Of a stretch of 64,000 nucleotides of DNA, positions 38,500 to 49,366 are shown piece after piece. The position numbers and the translations under genes were made by a program. This DNA is from an uncultured Chloroflexia bacterium (lineage in GTDB: Bacteria > Chloroflexota > Chloroflexia > QHBQ01 > JADMIH01), in NCBI GenBank assembly GCA_963811305.1, contig CAWEQU010000008.1, positions 324,539 through 388,538 on the forward strand. Reading direction: 5' to 3'. Under the pieces are notes generated by a model. It saw nothing but the letters and a program-made list of their open reading frames with translations. It searched no databases and was not told the DNA's origin. Within the stretch, counting starts at the first letter, position 1. Every line of letters begins with the position of its first letter.

Positions 38500-40209
38500 T
38501 CACATAGGTCTTATACGCCTTTTCTTAAGTAATAAGATCAGCCCTCCAACATCGGGACTTCTGATGCCGAACCGTTGCGCCGCCTCTACCGCCTCGTCGT
38601 AGCCTGCGTCGGCGTGGCGGATGATGCCCATGCCTGGGTCGGTGGTCAGCACGCGCTGTAGGCGGGCGGCGGCTTCAGGCGTGCCGTCGGCTACTATCAC
38701 CTGGCCGGCGTGGATGCTGTAACCTATTCCCACACCGCCGCCGTGATGGACTGATATCCACGTCGCGCCGCCTACCGCGTTGATGAGGGCATTCAGGAGG
38801 GGCCAGTCGGCTATGGCGTCGCTGCCGTCCTTCATCGCCTCGGTCTCGCGGTTGGGGGAGGCGACGCTGCCAGTGTCGAGGTGGTCGCGGCCTATCACGA
38901 TGGGCGCGCTCACTTCGCCTGTGCGGACCATCTCGTTCACCACCTGCCCGAAGCGGGCGCGCTCGCCATAACCTAGCCAGCAGATGCGGGCCGGGAGACC
39001 CTGGAACTGCACCTTCTCACGTGCCATGTGTATCCACCGCATCACCGAGGGGTTGTCCGCGAACTCGCGTAGCACCATGTCGTCTATCTTGTAGATGTCC
39101 TGGGGGTCTCCAGAGAGCGCTGCCCACCTGAACGGCCCTTTTCCCTCGCAGAAGAGTGGACGTATGTAGGCGGGCACGAACCCTGGGAAGGCAAACGCAT
39201 CGGCCACGCCCTGCCCGTAAGCTTGCTGGCGAATATTGTTTCCGTAATCGAATACGACCGCGCCCATGCGCTGCAAATCGAGCATGGCGCGAACGTGGAC
39301 CGCCATAGACTCCAGGGCGAGGCGTATAAGTTCGTCAGGGTCGCTCTGGCGGAGCTGCGCCGCACTTTCAACGTCAAAGCCGAGCGGGATGTAGCCGCGC
39401 AAGGGGTCATGAGCCGACGTCTGATCCGTTACCATGTCGGGCACGCGCCCGCGCCGCACCATCTCCACGTAGACCGCCGCCGCATTGCCGAGCAAGCCGA
39501 TAGAGAGAGGCTTTCGCTCCCTGATAGCCTCGTCCGCAAGGGCAAGGGCGTCATCGAGATTGTCGGTGGAGGTATCGAGGTAGCGGGTCTGTAGGCGGCG
39601 CTCGATACGTGTGGGGTCTACCTCCACTACGAGGGCAACGCCGCCGTTCATGGTCACGGCCAGCGGCTGCGCTCCACCCATGCCGCCCAGGCCCGCGGTG
39701 AGCACCAGCTTGCCCGCCAGGGTAGCGTCGGGGCCGTAGTGCTTGCGTGCCGCCTCTCCGAAGGTCTCGTATGTACCTTGCAATATGCCCTGCGAGCCTA
39801 TGTATATCCAGCTACCGGCGGTCATTTGGCCGTACATGATCAGCCCTTCGGCCTCCAGTTTGGAGAAGACTTCGCGGGTAGCCCAGTGAGGCACCAGGTT
39901 GGAGTTGGCGATGAGCACGCGGGGCGCATCGGGCGTGGTCTTGAAGACACCCACAGGCTTGCCGCTCTGGACAAGGAGCGTTTCATCGTTCTCAAGCTCG
40001 CGCAGGCAGTCTATTATCTTGAGGAGAGAAGGCCAGTTGCGAGCCGCTTTGCCATTACCCCCGTAGACGACAAGGTCCTGCGGACGCTCGGCCACGTCGG
40101 GGTCGAGGTTGTTCATCAACATCCTGAGCGCGGCCTCTTGCAGCCACCCTTTACAGCTTAGCTGGGTGCCGTGTGGGGCGCGGATTGTGGGGAGGATTGT
40201 GGTCTCCAT
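38500..40209 (-). CDS. hutU: urocanate hydratase
   Basis: 569 aa, intact. ..[38 protein letters not shown].. and ..[12 protein letters not shown].. are canonical. Confidence 0.9.
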   Translation of the reverse strand: METTILPTIRAPHGTQLSCKGWLQEAALRMLMNNLDPDVAERPQDLVVYGGNGKAARNWPSLLKIIDCLRELENDETLLVQSGKPVGVFKTTPDAPRVLIANSNLVPHWATREVFSKLEAEGLIMYGQMTAGSWIYIGSQGILQGTYETFGEAARKHYGPDATLAGKLVLTAGLGGMGGAQPLAVTMNGGVALVVEVDPTRIERRLQTRYLDTSTDNLDDALALADEAIRERKPLSIGLLGNAAAVYVEMVRRGRVPDMVTDQTSAHDPLRGYIPLGFDVESAAQLRQSDPDELIRLALESMAVHVRAMLDLQRMGAVVFDYGNNIRQQAYGQGVADAFAFPGFVPAYIRPLFCEGKGPFRWAALSGDPQDIYKIDDMVLREFADNPSVMRWIHMAREKVQFQGLPARICWLGYGERARFGQVVNEMVRTGEVSAPIVIGRDHLDTGSVASPNRETEAMKDGSDAIADWPLLNALINAVGGATWISVHHGGGVGIGYSIHAGQVIVADGTPEAAARLQRVLTTDPGMGIIRHADAGYDEAVEAAQRFGIRSPDVGGLILLLKKRRIRPM

Positions 40210-40227
40210 GTGAGGCTCCTTGAGAAG

Positions 40228-40343
40228 GGACGATAGACGATGGACGATAGACGATAGACGATAGACGATAGACGATGGACGATGGACGAAAAAACGTGAT
40301 GCGTGATGCGTGACGTTGAACTTTGAACTTTGAACTTTGAACT
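40228..40343. repeat. serial arrays (GACGATA/GACGATG x10, GTGATGC x2-3, TTGAACT x4) in the hutU 5' region
   Basis: Read directly. It begins 19 nt upstream of the hutU ATG. Confidence 0.85.
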
Positions 40344-40355
40344 AATCAGACTTTG

Positions 40356-41399
40356 TTAGGAGTCCTGAGTGTCTAAGTCTCTGATTTCACTCAGGAGGCA
40401 ACCGTACTGTAGCCAGGTGTCGCGCACGCGGAAGCCTACCGATTTGTACAGGCCGGTAGCGCCCGTGGGGTTCTCCGAATCGACTCCTAACATGCCTATT
40501 TGCAAGCCTGCGCCCTTGAGCGACTGGAGGCCGTACAAGAGGAGGGCGCGCCCCAGCCCTTTGCCACGCCAGCCGCGCACCGTGCCAAGTGTTTCTATCC
40601 AGCCTTCGAGCCGCCCCGTAGCGCGGTTCTCTTCTTCGAGGATGCCGCAGAGGCAGAAGCCCGCCAGCTTACCCGGTTCTGCTTCAATCTCGGCTACCCA
40701 CGAGAGGTCGGGCCGGAATATGAGAGAATTTATCCTGTGGGTCCATCTCTCTTCGGTGGGAGGGTGAAAGTCGAAGTGGTCTATGAATGACCTGTTGAGC
40801 GCGTCTAGAGTGGGTAGCTCGTCTTCGGGGCGGCGGAAGCCCCGGATGCGCACTCCTTCTATCTGTTGAGGCTCCAGGAGGTTATCCAGTGGGCACTCCA
40901 TCGACCAGAAGATACGGGTCTGGCGCAGGCCCATTCCCTCGTACAGCCTGTGCTGGGACTCCTGCTTGGGCGAGAAGCTCTCCCGCACTCTGACTGTGGA
41001 CATGCGCTCAGTGCTGGGGTCGGCCTCGTGCTGCCGGGCCATCTCTATTATGCGGCGGGCGAGGACGCGCTCCAACTCCAGGGACCGTGCTGCCGGGTGG
41101 GCTGAGATGCGGGGGCCGTAGATACGCTCGCTTGCATCCGGATCGTCGCGTACGTCGAGCCAGCCGAAGCCGGGGAGTATACCTTCCGGTAAGCCTTCTA
41201 CGCCTGGGCCTTCAACCACAATGACCCGGCGAAATGGCTCGAACCCTGGCCTTTCAAAATCGGAGAGTAATTCCTGCTCACCGATTACGATATCCAACCC
41301 GTCCGCTGCGGCAGCCGCGTTCCAGGTAGCCGCGATCAGCGCGGCGTCACCCTCTTTATATGCTCTGATTTGCCAATCTGTCATAGGTATATTATGCAC
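40356..41399 (-). CDS. tandem-GNAT N-acetyltransferase (mycothiol-synthase-like architecture)
   Basis: Two acetyltransferase halves are present. The C-terminal half has ..VRGWRGKGLGRALLLYGLQSLKGAGL.. Confidence 0.7.
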   Translation of the reverse strand: MHNIPMTDWQIRAYKEGDAALIAATWNAAAAADGLDIVIGEQELLSDFERPGFEPFRRVIVVEGPGVEGLPEGILPGFGWLDVRDDPDASERIYGPRISAHPAARSLELERVLARRIIEMARQHEADPSTERMSTVRVRESFSPKQESQHRLYEGMGLRQTRIFWSMECPLDNLLEPQQIEGVRIRGFRRPEDELPTLDALNRSFIDHFDFHPPTEERWTHRINSLIFRPDLSWVAEIEAEPGKLAGFCLCGILEEENRATGRLEGWIETLGTVRGWRGKGLGRALLLYGLQSLKGAGLQIGMLGVDSENPTGATGLYKSVGFRVRDTWLQYGCLLSEIRDLDTQDS

Positions 41400-41445
41400 G
41401 TTTTGTATCTTTGGAGGCTAATTGAGAAGCGAGGCCAAGTATAAA

Positions 41446-41530
41446 TGTCATTCCGAACGAAGTGAGGAATCTCCGTGCTTGCCAGGTGTAGGGATCTCTC
41501 AGATTCCTCACTTCGTTCGGAATGACAGGG
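41446..41530. mobile_element. MITE-like palindrome, core form, TCCGAACGAAGTGAGGAAT subfamily (copy 7)
   Basis: gtcattccgaacgaagtgaggaatc ... gattcctcacttcgttcggaatgacaggg. Confidence 0.75.
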
Positions 41531-41566
41531 AGAGGGATATTGTCTTTATTGAGCAGATTGTTGAGG

Positions 41567-42584
41567 TCAAACAGTAATCTCGCTCAAAGGGCACTCGTAC
41601 TGGTACATGCGGTCACGGAGCACAAAGCCCGCCGACTCGAAGAGGCGCGTAGCGGGCGAAGAGCCTTGAGCGTCCACGTCGGCTAGCATCACCTCTATCC
41701 CCGCGTTCCTGAAAGAATGTAGAGCGTGGAGAAGGAGTGATTTCCCCACACCTCTACCGCGCCACTCCCGCACTGTGCCTATGCCCTCTACCCACCCCTC
41801 AAGACGACCTCCCAGGGCGTTCTCCTCTTCGTCCAGGATGCAGAGGCAGAAACCTGCCAGCTCTTCTGCGCCACCCTCCGCTTCCGCAAGCCAGGAGAGG
41901 TCATGGCGGACAGAAGGTGATGCCATCTCTCGCTCCCAGGTATCGGAACTGATAGGTTTAGAGTCGAAGTAATCGGCAAATGACCTGTTGAGCGCACGAA
42001 GAGTGCGTTCATTATCCTCCGGGTATCTGTACGTGCGCAGGGTGACGCCGGGAACGTTGGGCGGGTCGGGTATTGGCGCACCTAGCGGGCGGCGCATGGT
42101 CCACGCCTGGCGGACCTCCCGGAGACCAACCTGCTGCCATGCCTTTGTCAAGGAGGTGTGCTTCTCGTAAATGTAGGACCTGACCCGCACTTTACCCACC
42201 CGTGTCTGCCCTGGAAGAGCTTCATGGCGATGGGCAACAGCTATGACCTCTTGCTGCAATGGCGCGGGCAAGGTCCGTATCGCCAGCGTCGGGGTGTACG
42301 CGCATGGAGACGTCATAAACGCGCTCGACCCCCATCTTATCGCCACGTGGGAAGGCTCTGCCATATCCGAGAAGCCTGCCGGAGAGCGCGCCCTCATTGT
42401 CTGTAGCTTCAGCAACAATTACCTGGCGCGAAGGGTCCAAACCAGGAGTATTGAACTGGTCCCGAAGCCCCTCAGCGTTGCTCCGCATGGGCAGGCCAAC
42501 TGCATCATCGGCAGCGTTGATGAGAGCTACCATTTCAGGTATGTCCGCCTCTTGATACCCGCGTATTCGCCAATTAGTGGTCAT
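41567..42584 (-). CDS. tandem-GNAT N-acetyltransferase paralogue, one frame break
   Basis: ORF 42222-42584 (MTTNWRIRGYQEADIPEMVALINAADD..) joins ORF 41567-42418 (..VREWRGRGVGKSLLLHALHSFRNAGI..). It is collinear with 40356-41399. Confidence 0.65.
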
Positions 42585-42735
42585 GTTTTAGCTGGATTGC
42601 ATTCAAACTGCATGGTACGGGACCCGCCCCGAAAGGGTACAAACTTTGGGACAGCGCCGCCATTTTATCACGGCGCGTCGTTCATCGTCCACCGCGTGTG
42701 ATATAATTGGCGTAGCGTAGTGGTCGTTACGTTGA

Positions 42736-44389
42736 GTGTGGAAGATGGGGATTTTGGGAACGAACCGCTTTGTAAATAGATTGTGGTTGGTCGAGAAGGG
42801 CAAGCGTGCCTTGCTGCTGAGCGTGCTGGCCGCGCTTACGTTACTCATGGCGGCGTGCTCTGATGACCCGCCCGCGACGCAGCCTACGGCAGTTCCGGGG
42901 AGCAGCACAGCCACAGGCGTAACATCAAGCCTCCCCGGAACTGCGGGTCCCCAACTCCCCCAGCCTACCAGCACACCTCCGCCTCCCCTCTACGTTGGGG
43001 AGCCTACAGACCCACAGCCCGCGCCTACCCGGCCCAGCCCAGCCACGCTTTATTTCACAGAGACGGCTCACTATCTGCGGGGCGAGTTCCTCAATTTCTA
43101 CAAGGAGAATCCAAAGAGCGCTCTTCTCTTCGGCCTGCCAATCACCGAGGAGTTCCCGCAGCAATTCCCCAACAGTGGCATCTACCGCGTGCAATACTTT
43201 GAGCGCGCCAGGCTTGAATGGCACCCCGAATTGCCGGAAGGGAGCAGGGTGCAGCTAGGGGCAGTCGCCCGCGAGGCGCTGGATGGCCGCGTACTTGGCC
43301 GCCTATCGACACTATCGAATACCTCGACGCGCCTCTATTTCCCCGAAACGGGGCACACTATATCTAGCGGCTTTCTCAACTACTGGAAAGCTAATGGCGA
43401 CGTTCGCGCCTTCGGCCTCCCGCTGAGCGAGGAGATGGGGGAGGATGGCGTGACGGTGCAGTATTTCGAGCGTGCGCGCTTCGAATATCACACCGGACTG
43501 GAAGGGACTCCCTACGCTGTGCAACTCTCGCCCGTGGGCTACATGGCGCTGAAAGCGGCAAGGTTCAGCCTCCCGATGGGGCTGATGGTGAGATTTAGCC
43601 CGCCACGCCTCGCGGAAGGGCATACGGCGGTGGTGGAGGTGGCTGCTTCCCCAGGCATGACCGTCACAGGCCAGTATGAAGGGCGGTCCCTCATTTTCAA
43701 GTATGACGCCCAGCGTGGCATCGCCTGGTCTCTCATTGGCGCAGTGCCTTTCGCGGACACGGGCATACGACAGGTAAGCATAACGCTACAGGGTGCGGGC
43801 AATAACCGGCGCACCGTCACGCGCAACCTTGAAGTGGTCCCGTACAACTTCCCTTCGGAGGTGCTGGACTTCGCTGACGACACCGCCAAGCTCCTCGATC
43901 CCGCTCTCACAGCTAAGGAGCGCGAAACGCTCGACACTATATTCTCTGGGCGGACGCCTCAACAATATTGGAGCGGGGCGTTCAGGATGCCTCTCGACGG
44001 GCAGAATTCGCATCACCTCGTATTTTGCTACCCGACGCTGCTACGAGTGCCCGTCAGGCTCCAAGCCGACTACCTATCATGGCGGTATGGACATGGGGGT
44101 TAGAGAGGGTACGGCTGTGCTCGCCCCTGCCGACGGCAAGGTGGTATACGCGGGGCCGCTGGCGGTGCGCGGCAATGCTATCATCATAGATCACGGCCTC
44201 GGCGTATACTCACTCTTCGCCCACAACTCGAAGCTGGTCGCCACCGTCGGGCAGGTAGTACACAAGGGCGACGAAGTATCGCGCTCCGGCAACACCGGCC
44301 TGTCGAATGGCCCCCACCTCCACTGGGAGCTTCACGTCAATGGCCCGCCAGTAGAGCCGCTGGAGTGGGTCAAGCGGGCGATGCCTTGA
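42736..44389 (+). CDS. M23-family metallopeptidase with N-terminal LGFP-like 'VQYFERA' repeats, one frame break
   Basis: Repeats are ..LFGLPITEEF..YRVQYFERARLEWHPE and YWKANGDVRAFGLPLSEEM..VQYFERARFEYH. Catalytic motifs HGGMDMG and GPHLHWELHV are in ORF 43793-44389. The join is near 44000-44060. Confidence 0.75.
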
Positions 44390-44390
44390 G

Positions 44391-44453
44391 ACGGACGAAA
44401 GACGAAGGACGAAAGACGGATGAATAGCCCTATTCGTCTTTCGTCTTTCGTCT
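44391..44453. repeat. palindromic array (GACGAAA-like)4 .. (TCGTCTT)3
   Basis: gacggacgaaagacgaaggacgaaagacgga-N13-tcgtctttcgtctttcgtc. Confidence 0.85.
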
Positions 44454-44468
44454 AGCAGATAAACGGCT

Positions 44469-47460
44469 ATGAACGTACCTGGCCTCCCAACCGGCACCGT
44501 TACTTTCCTCTTTACGGATATAGAGGGGAGTACTCAGCTTTGGGAGCGCTACCCGGAGCAGGCAGGTGCAGCGCTCGTCCGCCACGACCAGATAATCGAA
44601 GAGATAGTAGAGCGGCACGGGGGTAGCATTGTACGCCCTCGTGGGGAAGGAGACAGCCGCTTTGCCGTCTTCTCGCGGGCTACGGATGCCGTCGCTGCGG
44701 CTGCCGCGATGCAGCAGGCCCTCCATGCCGAGCCGTGGCCTACGCTAAGTTCAAAGTTCAACGTTCCAGGTTCAAAGGGCGACAACTTTGAACCTGGAAC
44801 GTTGAACTTTGAACTTAAGGTGAGGATGGCCCTTCACACCGGAGAGGCCGACCTGCGAGCGGGAGACTACTATGGCATCGCGGTAAACCGCTGTTCTCGA
44901 TTGCGTTCTGCTGCGCACGGCGGTCAGACTCTTCTCTCTCGAACCACCTATGACCTGGTACATGAGAATATGCCCATAGTGACCACAGGCATAGAGTTAG
45001 AGCCTGCGAGACCTGGGTGAGCACCTGCTTAGAGACTTACAACAGCCTCAGCATATTTTCCAGCTTGTCGTCCCCGGCTTGCCTGCCGACTTCCCACCTC
45101 TCAAGACCATAGATGCTCGCCCTAATAACCTGCCGGGGCAGCGCAGTCCGCTGGTGGGGCGCAGGTCCGAGCTTGCGTCCGTACAACGCTTATTGTTGCG
45201 CGATGACGTGGGCCTGCTGACGCTCACCGGGCCGGGTGGTATCGGAAAAACTCGCCTCGGCCTGCAAGTAGCCGCTGAAGTGGTAGATGAGTTCCAGGAC
45301 GGGGTCTTCTTCGTATCGCTGGCCCATATCACCGACCCCACTCTGGTCGCCCCGGCTATCGCGCAAACACTGGGTATGCAGCAGGTGGCGAGCGGAGAGA
45401 TGGCTGATGGTCTGGCCGACTATTTGAGCGACAAGCGGATGCTCCTCTTGCTGGACAATTTCGAGCAGGTAATCGCAGCAGCGCCACTTGTCGCCACGTT
45501 ATTATCAGCAGCCCACCGACTGAAAGTGCTGGTCACCAGCCGGGAGGTGTTGCACGTACATGACGAGCAGGAGTTCGCAGTACCTCCGCTCGGAGTGCCT
45601 GACCTCGAACACCTCTCCTCCGTCGAGGCGCTTTCCCAGTACGAAGGGGTGACGTTGTTCATCCAGCGAGCGCGGCTGGTCAAGCCCGACTTTGAAGTGA
45701 CCAACGAGAACGCCCCTGCCGTAGCGGAGATATGCTACCGCCTGGACGGTCTGCCCCTGGCTATCGAGCTGGCGGCAGCGCGCATAAAGCTCCTCCCTCC
45801 CCAGGCTATATTATCTCGCCTGGCGAGCAAGTTGCAGTTGCTCACCGCAGGAGGGCGAGACCTTCCAGAGAGGCAGCAGACCTTACGGAGCACTATGCAA
45901 TGGAGCTACGACCTGTTGCAGCCGGGCGAGCAAATGCTGTTTCGACGTATGTCGGTCTTCACGGGCGGCGCTACCCTGGAAGCGATAGAAGGGGTGTGCG
46001 CCGGAGGGCCAGGGGTCAGGGATCAGGGATTAGGGGTCAGGGATGATACAACAGAGTTGACTCCTGACCCCTGGCTCCTGACCTCTTTAGACATCGACAT
46101 CCTGGAGGGGGTAGGCTCGTTGGTGGACAAAAGCCTAGTGCGGCAAGAGGCCAGCACAATCGCAAGTGGCACGGTTGGCAGGGAGAGGGAACCCCGGTTT
46201 GGTATGCTGGAGACGATGCGGGAGTACGCGAGTGAGTTACTGGAGAGCGCCGAGCCTGCGGGTGGAGAGGAGATACACCGCCAGCACGCAGAATATTACA
46301 TGACACTGGCCGAGCAGGGCCGGGAGGGGATCCAGGGACCTTTACAGGAAGTGTGGCTGGACCGTCTCGAAGTGGAGCATGATAACGTGCAGGCAGCCAT
46401 TAAGTGGGCTGTTGAGCAGGGCGACGCTGAAACGGCACTGCGTCTTGGCGGAGAGCTGTGGATGTTCCGGGGGTTTCGAGCTTATCTCAACGAAGGTTAT
46501 CAAAGGCTGAGGGAGGCGTTGGGATTGCCAGGGGCTGAGGCGCGTAGCAGGGCACGGGCCGTGGCTCTCAGGGGCGCAGCGTTGATGAGCCGTTACCAAC
46601 GCGACCTGCCCTCCGCCCGTGCCTATATAGAAGAGAGCATATCAATTCTCCGAGAGCTCGGACCTGAGGAGAGAGGTGAGTTGGGCATCGCGCTGGTCAT
46701 GTATAGCAGCGACCTGGCGTACGCAGGAGAGCATGAGGCTGCGAGAGGAGCAGTGGCTGAAGGCATATCCCTCCTTCGCCATGCAGGAAACAAATGGTCC
46801 CTTTCAGATGGCCTTTTCATGGGAGGCTTTGCCGCCACCGTCGCGGGCGACCTGACCGCTGCTAAGGAGGCATACGAAGAAAGTATAACCCTATGCAGAG
46901 AAGTTGGGAATACGTGGATATTGTCTCATGCGTTGAACAGCCTGGGAGACCTATCACGCATGATGGGAGACTATGCAAGAGCAAGGGAAGTGTACGAGGA
47001 GAGCTTGAGTTTATTCCGGCGGTTAGACGTCAGGATTGATATTCCTGCCTCATTGCACAACCTCGGCCACGTAGCCCTGGCTCAGGGTGAAGTGGAAGAA
47101 GCGAAGGGCCTTTTCATTGAGGCCCTACACCTCCACACCAGCTACAGGAACAGGTCCGGCATCGCAGAAAGTCTGGCCGGGTTGGCAGGTGTAGCCGGGG
47201 CGGAGAAGCACCCCGAGAGGGCTGCGCGGCTCTTCGGGGCGTCAGCGTCAGCAGCCCCCCAAGAACGGCCAGGTCCGCAGGATTGGGCCGCCGAGCAGGC
47301 AGATTACGAGCGCATCCTGGCAAGCACGCGAGCACAACTGGACGAAGCAACATGGGAGACGGCATGGCAAGAGGGACGCGCTATGAAGATGGAGCAGGCC
47401 ATCGAGTATGCGGTAAGGGAAACCGGCCCTGATCACGAGACGATAGACGATAAACGATAG
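44469..47460 (+). CDS. class III adenylate/guanylate cyclase - AAA/STAND ATPase - TPR protein, one frame break
   Basis: Cyclase motifs are GTVTFLFTDIEGSTQLWE, VRMALHTGEA and GIAVNRCSRLRSAAHGGQTLLS. A shift near 45000 leads to LRDLGEHLLRDLQQPQHIFQLV..FPPLKT. P-loop is LTGPGGIGKTRL and Walker B is LLLLDNFEQV. The C-terminal half is TPR-like. Confidence 0.8.
44747..44816 (+). repeat. perfect 31-bp-arm palindrome of GTTCAAA-type units translated inside the cyclase domain
   Basis: aagttcaaagttcaacgttccaggttcaaag-ggcgacaa-ctttgaacctggaacgttgaactttgaactt. It is read as SKFNVPGSKGDNFEPGTLNFEL. Confidence 0.9.
46009..46084 (+). repeat. partly palindromic (GGGTCAG/GGATCAG) array translated inside the STAND gene
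   Basis: ccaggggtcagggatcagggattaggggtcaggga..ctcctgacccctggctcctgacc, read as GPGVRDQGLGVRDDTTELTPDPWLLT. Confidence 0.8.
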
Positions 47461-47537
47461 AGTGATGCGTGATGCGTGAGAGTATTGATTCTTCTGCCTT
47501 CTATCGTCTATCGTCTATCGTCTATCGTCTATCGTCC
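47439..47537. repeat. palindromic array (GACGATA)n .. GTGATGC x2 .. (CTATCGT)5 between convergent genes
   Basis: Read directly. It supplies the TAG stop of both flanking genes (47458-47460 on the plus strand, 47529-47531 on the minus strand). Confidence 0.9.
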
Positions 47538-48131
47538 TACGCGATGCACCGACACGGCATAGCTGCTCTCCCAGCGCCAGGGTTGGCGGTCCCAGGTGGA
47601 GTAGCGTTCGGTCAGGACCAGCCCGGCCTCTTCCGCTAACCTGTCGTATACGTCCAGGTCGAGGTATGCCATGCTAAGCTGGAAGCCTGCTATAAGTATG
47701 CCGTTTGGAGCGAGGTGGCGCGCCATGTTCTTCAGCACTGCACCCTCGGTGCCGGGCGCGACGAAAATCATGACGTTGCCCGCCATGACTATTGCATCGA
47801 AAGTCCGTTCCAGGTCTATAGTGGATATGTCGCCGAGGTGCCAATGGATGTGAGGGGCTTTCGCACGCGCAGTATTCAGCATACGTGGGTCAATGTCCAC
47901 CCCTACCACTTCAATACCTCGCCTCGCAAGCTCTATCCCTACCCGCCCCGTGCCGCACCCCGCGTCCAGCACCGATTTCGGCCCGAACGACTCAACGAAG
48001 TCGGCCTCACCATGCACGTTCTCGCCCGCACGCTCCCGCGCACGGTAAGGGGCATCGTATTCCTCCCCCTCAACTTTTCGGGTATTGAGCCAGCGGTTTT
48101 CCGGGCCGGGCACGTCTGAAGGCATAGTCAC
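47529..48131 (-). CDS. class I SAM-dependent methyltransferase
   Basis: VLDAGCGTGRVGIELARRGIEVVGVDIDPRML (motif I) plus post-I. Confidence 0.8.
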   Translation of the reverse strand: MTMPSDVPGPENRWLNTRKVEGEEYDAPYRARERAGENVHGEADFVESFGPKSVLDAGCGTGRVGIELARRGIEVVGVDIDPRMLNTARAKAPHIHWHLGDISTIDLERTFDAIVMAGNVMIFVAPGTEGAVLKNMARHLAPNGILIAGFQLSMAYLDLDVYDRLAEEAGLVLTERYSTWDRQPWRWESSYAVSVHRVGR

Positions 48132-48139
48132 TCCGGTAT

Positions 48140-48219
48140 GAAACGTGAAGCGTGATGCGTGAGAGTAGTGCGTAATTCGTACTTCCTAAAGAACCTCTGC
48201 GCACTCTGTGTCTCTGCGG
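48140..48219. repeat. arrays GTGA(A/T)GC x3 and CTCTGCG-like x3
   Basis: Read directly. Confidence 0.75.
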
Positions 48220-48235
48220 TGAATATAGAAAAGCG

Positions 48236-48264
48236 TTGACAATAGAACCAGCCGACTTTATAGT
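48236..48264 (+). promoter_or_regulatory. near-consensus promoter TTGACA-17-TATAGT ending 9 nt before the fmt ATG (leaderless or near-leaderless)
   Basis: Hexamers at 48236-48241 and 48259-48264. ATG is at 48274 with no SD in between. Confidence 0.5.
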
Positions 48265-48273
48265 ACCAGAAGC

Positions 48274-49239
48274 ATGGGCGAATTTGCTATAGAACCGAGG
48301 GTGATATTCATGGGCACGCCGCAGTTCGCGGTGCCGTCCCTCCACGCCCTCGCTGGCGGACCTTACGCCATTACGGTAGTTACGCAGCCGGATAGGGCGG
48401 CGGGTAGGGGGGGCCGCGTGACCCCTCCTCCTGTGAAGGTAGCAGCGGAGGAGTTGGGCCTTCCGGTCATGCAGCCTGAGAGTCTGCGCAACCAAGAGTT
48501 CCGGGCAAGGCTGGCCGAAGCTCAGCCCGACGTGATAGTGCTGGTTGCTTATGGGGAGTATGTCGCGCCCGCACTCCTCGACCTGCCGAGGCGCGCCAGC
48601 ATCAATCTTCACCCATCCCTGCTCCCCAGGTGGCGCGGCAGCACGCCTATACAGTCGGCGATCCTGGCGGGGGACGAGGTCACGGGCGTGAGCATTATCC
48701 GTATGGACCGAGGGCTGGATACAGGCCCCATACTCGCGCAACGCGCCACCGCCATCGAGCCTGAAGAGACCCACCCCCAGCTTGCAGCACGACTGGCACT
48801 GCTTGGAGCTGAGTTGTTGACCGAGATTTTACCCCTCTGGCTGCGAGGAGAGATAGAGCCAGTGCCACAGCCAGAGGAGGGCGTAACGCTTACGCACACC
48901 CTGAAGAAGGAGGACGGCCAGATAGACTGGAGCCTTTCCGCCGAGCAGATAGGCCGCCAGGTGCGGGCGTTCCAACCCTGGCCCGGCACATTCACGACGT
49001 GGCAGGGCCGCATCATCAAAGTCGTGCGCGCCCGTCCCTTGGAGGCAGACCATTCGCCTGGGCAGTCTGGCAGAGTCGCCTTGCTGGGCGAAGGTAAGGG
49101 GAGGAAAATCGCCGTGCAGACAGGGAAGGGTGCGCTTCAGCTCCTGGAAGTGCAGATGGAAGGTAAACCTGTTATAGAGGCACGCGCCTTGCTGTCAGGT
49201 TATCCACAGATAGCGGGCAGTACCCTGGGCGCGACTTGA
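48274..49239 (+). CDS. fmt: methionyl-tRNA formyltransferase
   Basis: ..VIFMGTPQFAVPSL.., HPSLLPRWRGSTPIQSAILAGD and a C-terminal Fmt domain. Confidence 0.9.
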   Translation: MGEFAIEPRVIFMGTPQFAVPSLHALAGGPYAITVVTQPDRAAGRGGRVTPPPVKVAAEELGLPVMQPESLRNQEFRARLAEAQPDVIVLVAYGEYVAPALLDLPRRASINLHPSLLPRWRGSTPIQSAILAGDEVTGVSIIRMDRGLDTGPILAQRATAIEPEETHPQLAARLALLGAELLTEILPLWLRGEIEPVPQPEEGVTLTHTLKKEDGQIDWSLSAEQIGRQVRAFQPWPGTFTTWQGRIIKVVRARPLEADHSPGQSGRVALLGEGKGRKIAVQTGKGALQLLEVQMEGKPVIEARALLSGYPQIAGSTLGAT

Positions 49240-49285
49240 CGCATACGCCACGAGGTTGTACGCTATAAGTAACATAAACGTGGTT

Positions 49286-49357
49286 ACGGACGACGGACGA
49301 TAGATGATGCGTGAAATGTGAGAATATTGCGTAGTGCGTAACTGTGGACTTTGGACT
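49286..49357. repeat. short mixed arrays (GGACGAC, GATGCGTGA, GTGCGTA, GGACTTT)
   Basis: Read directly. Confidence 0.6.
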
Positions 49358-49366
49358 ATTTAAGAA

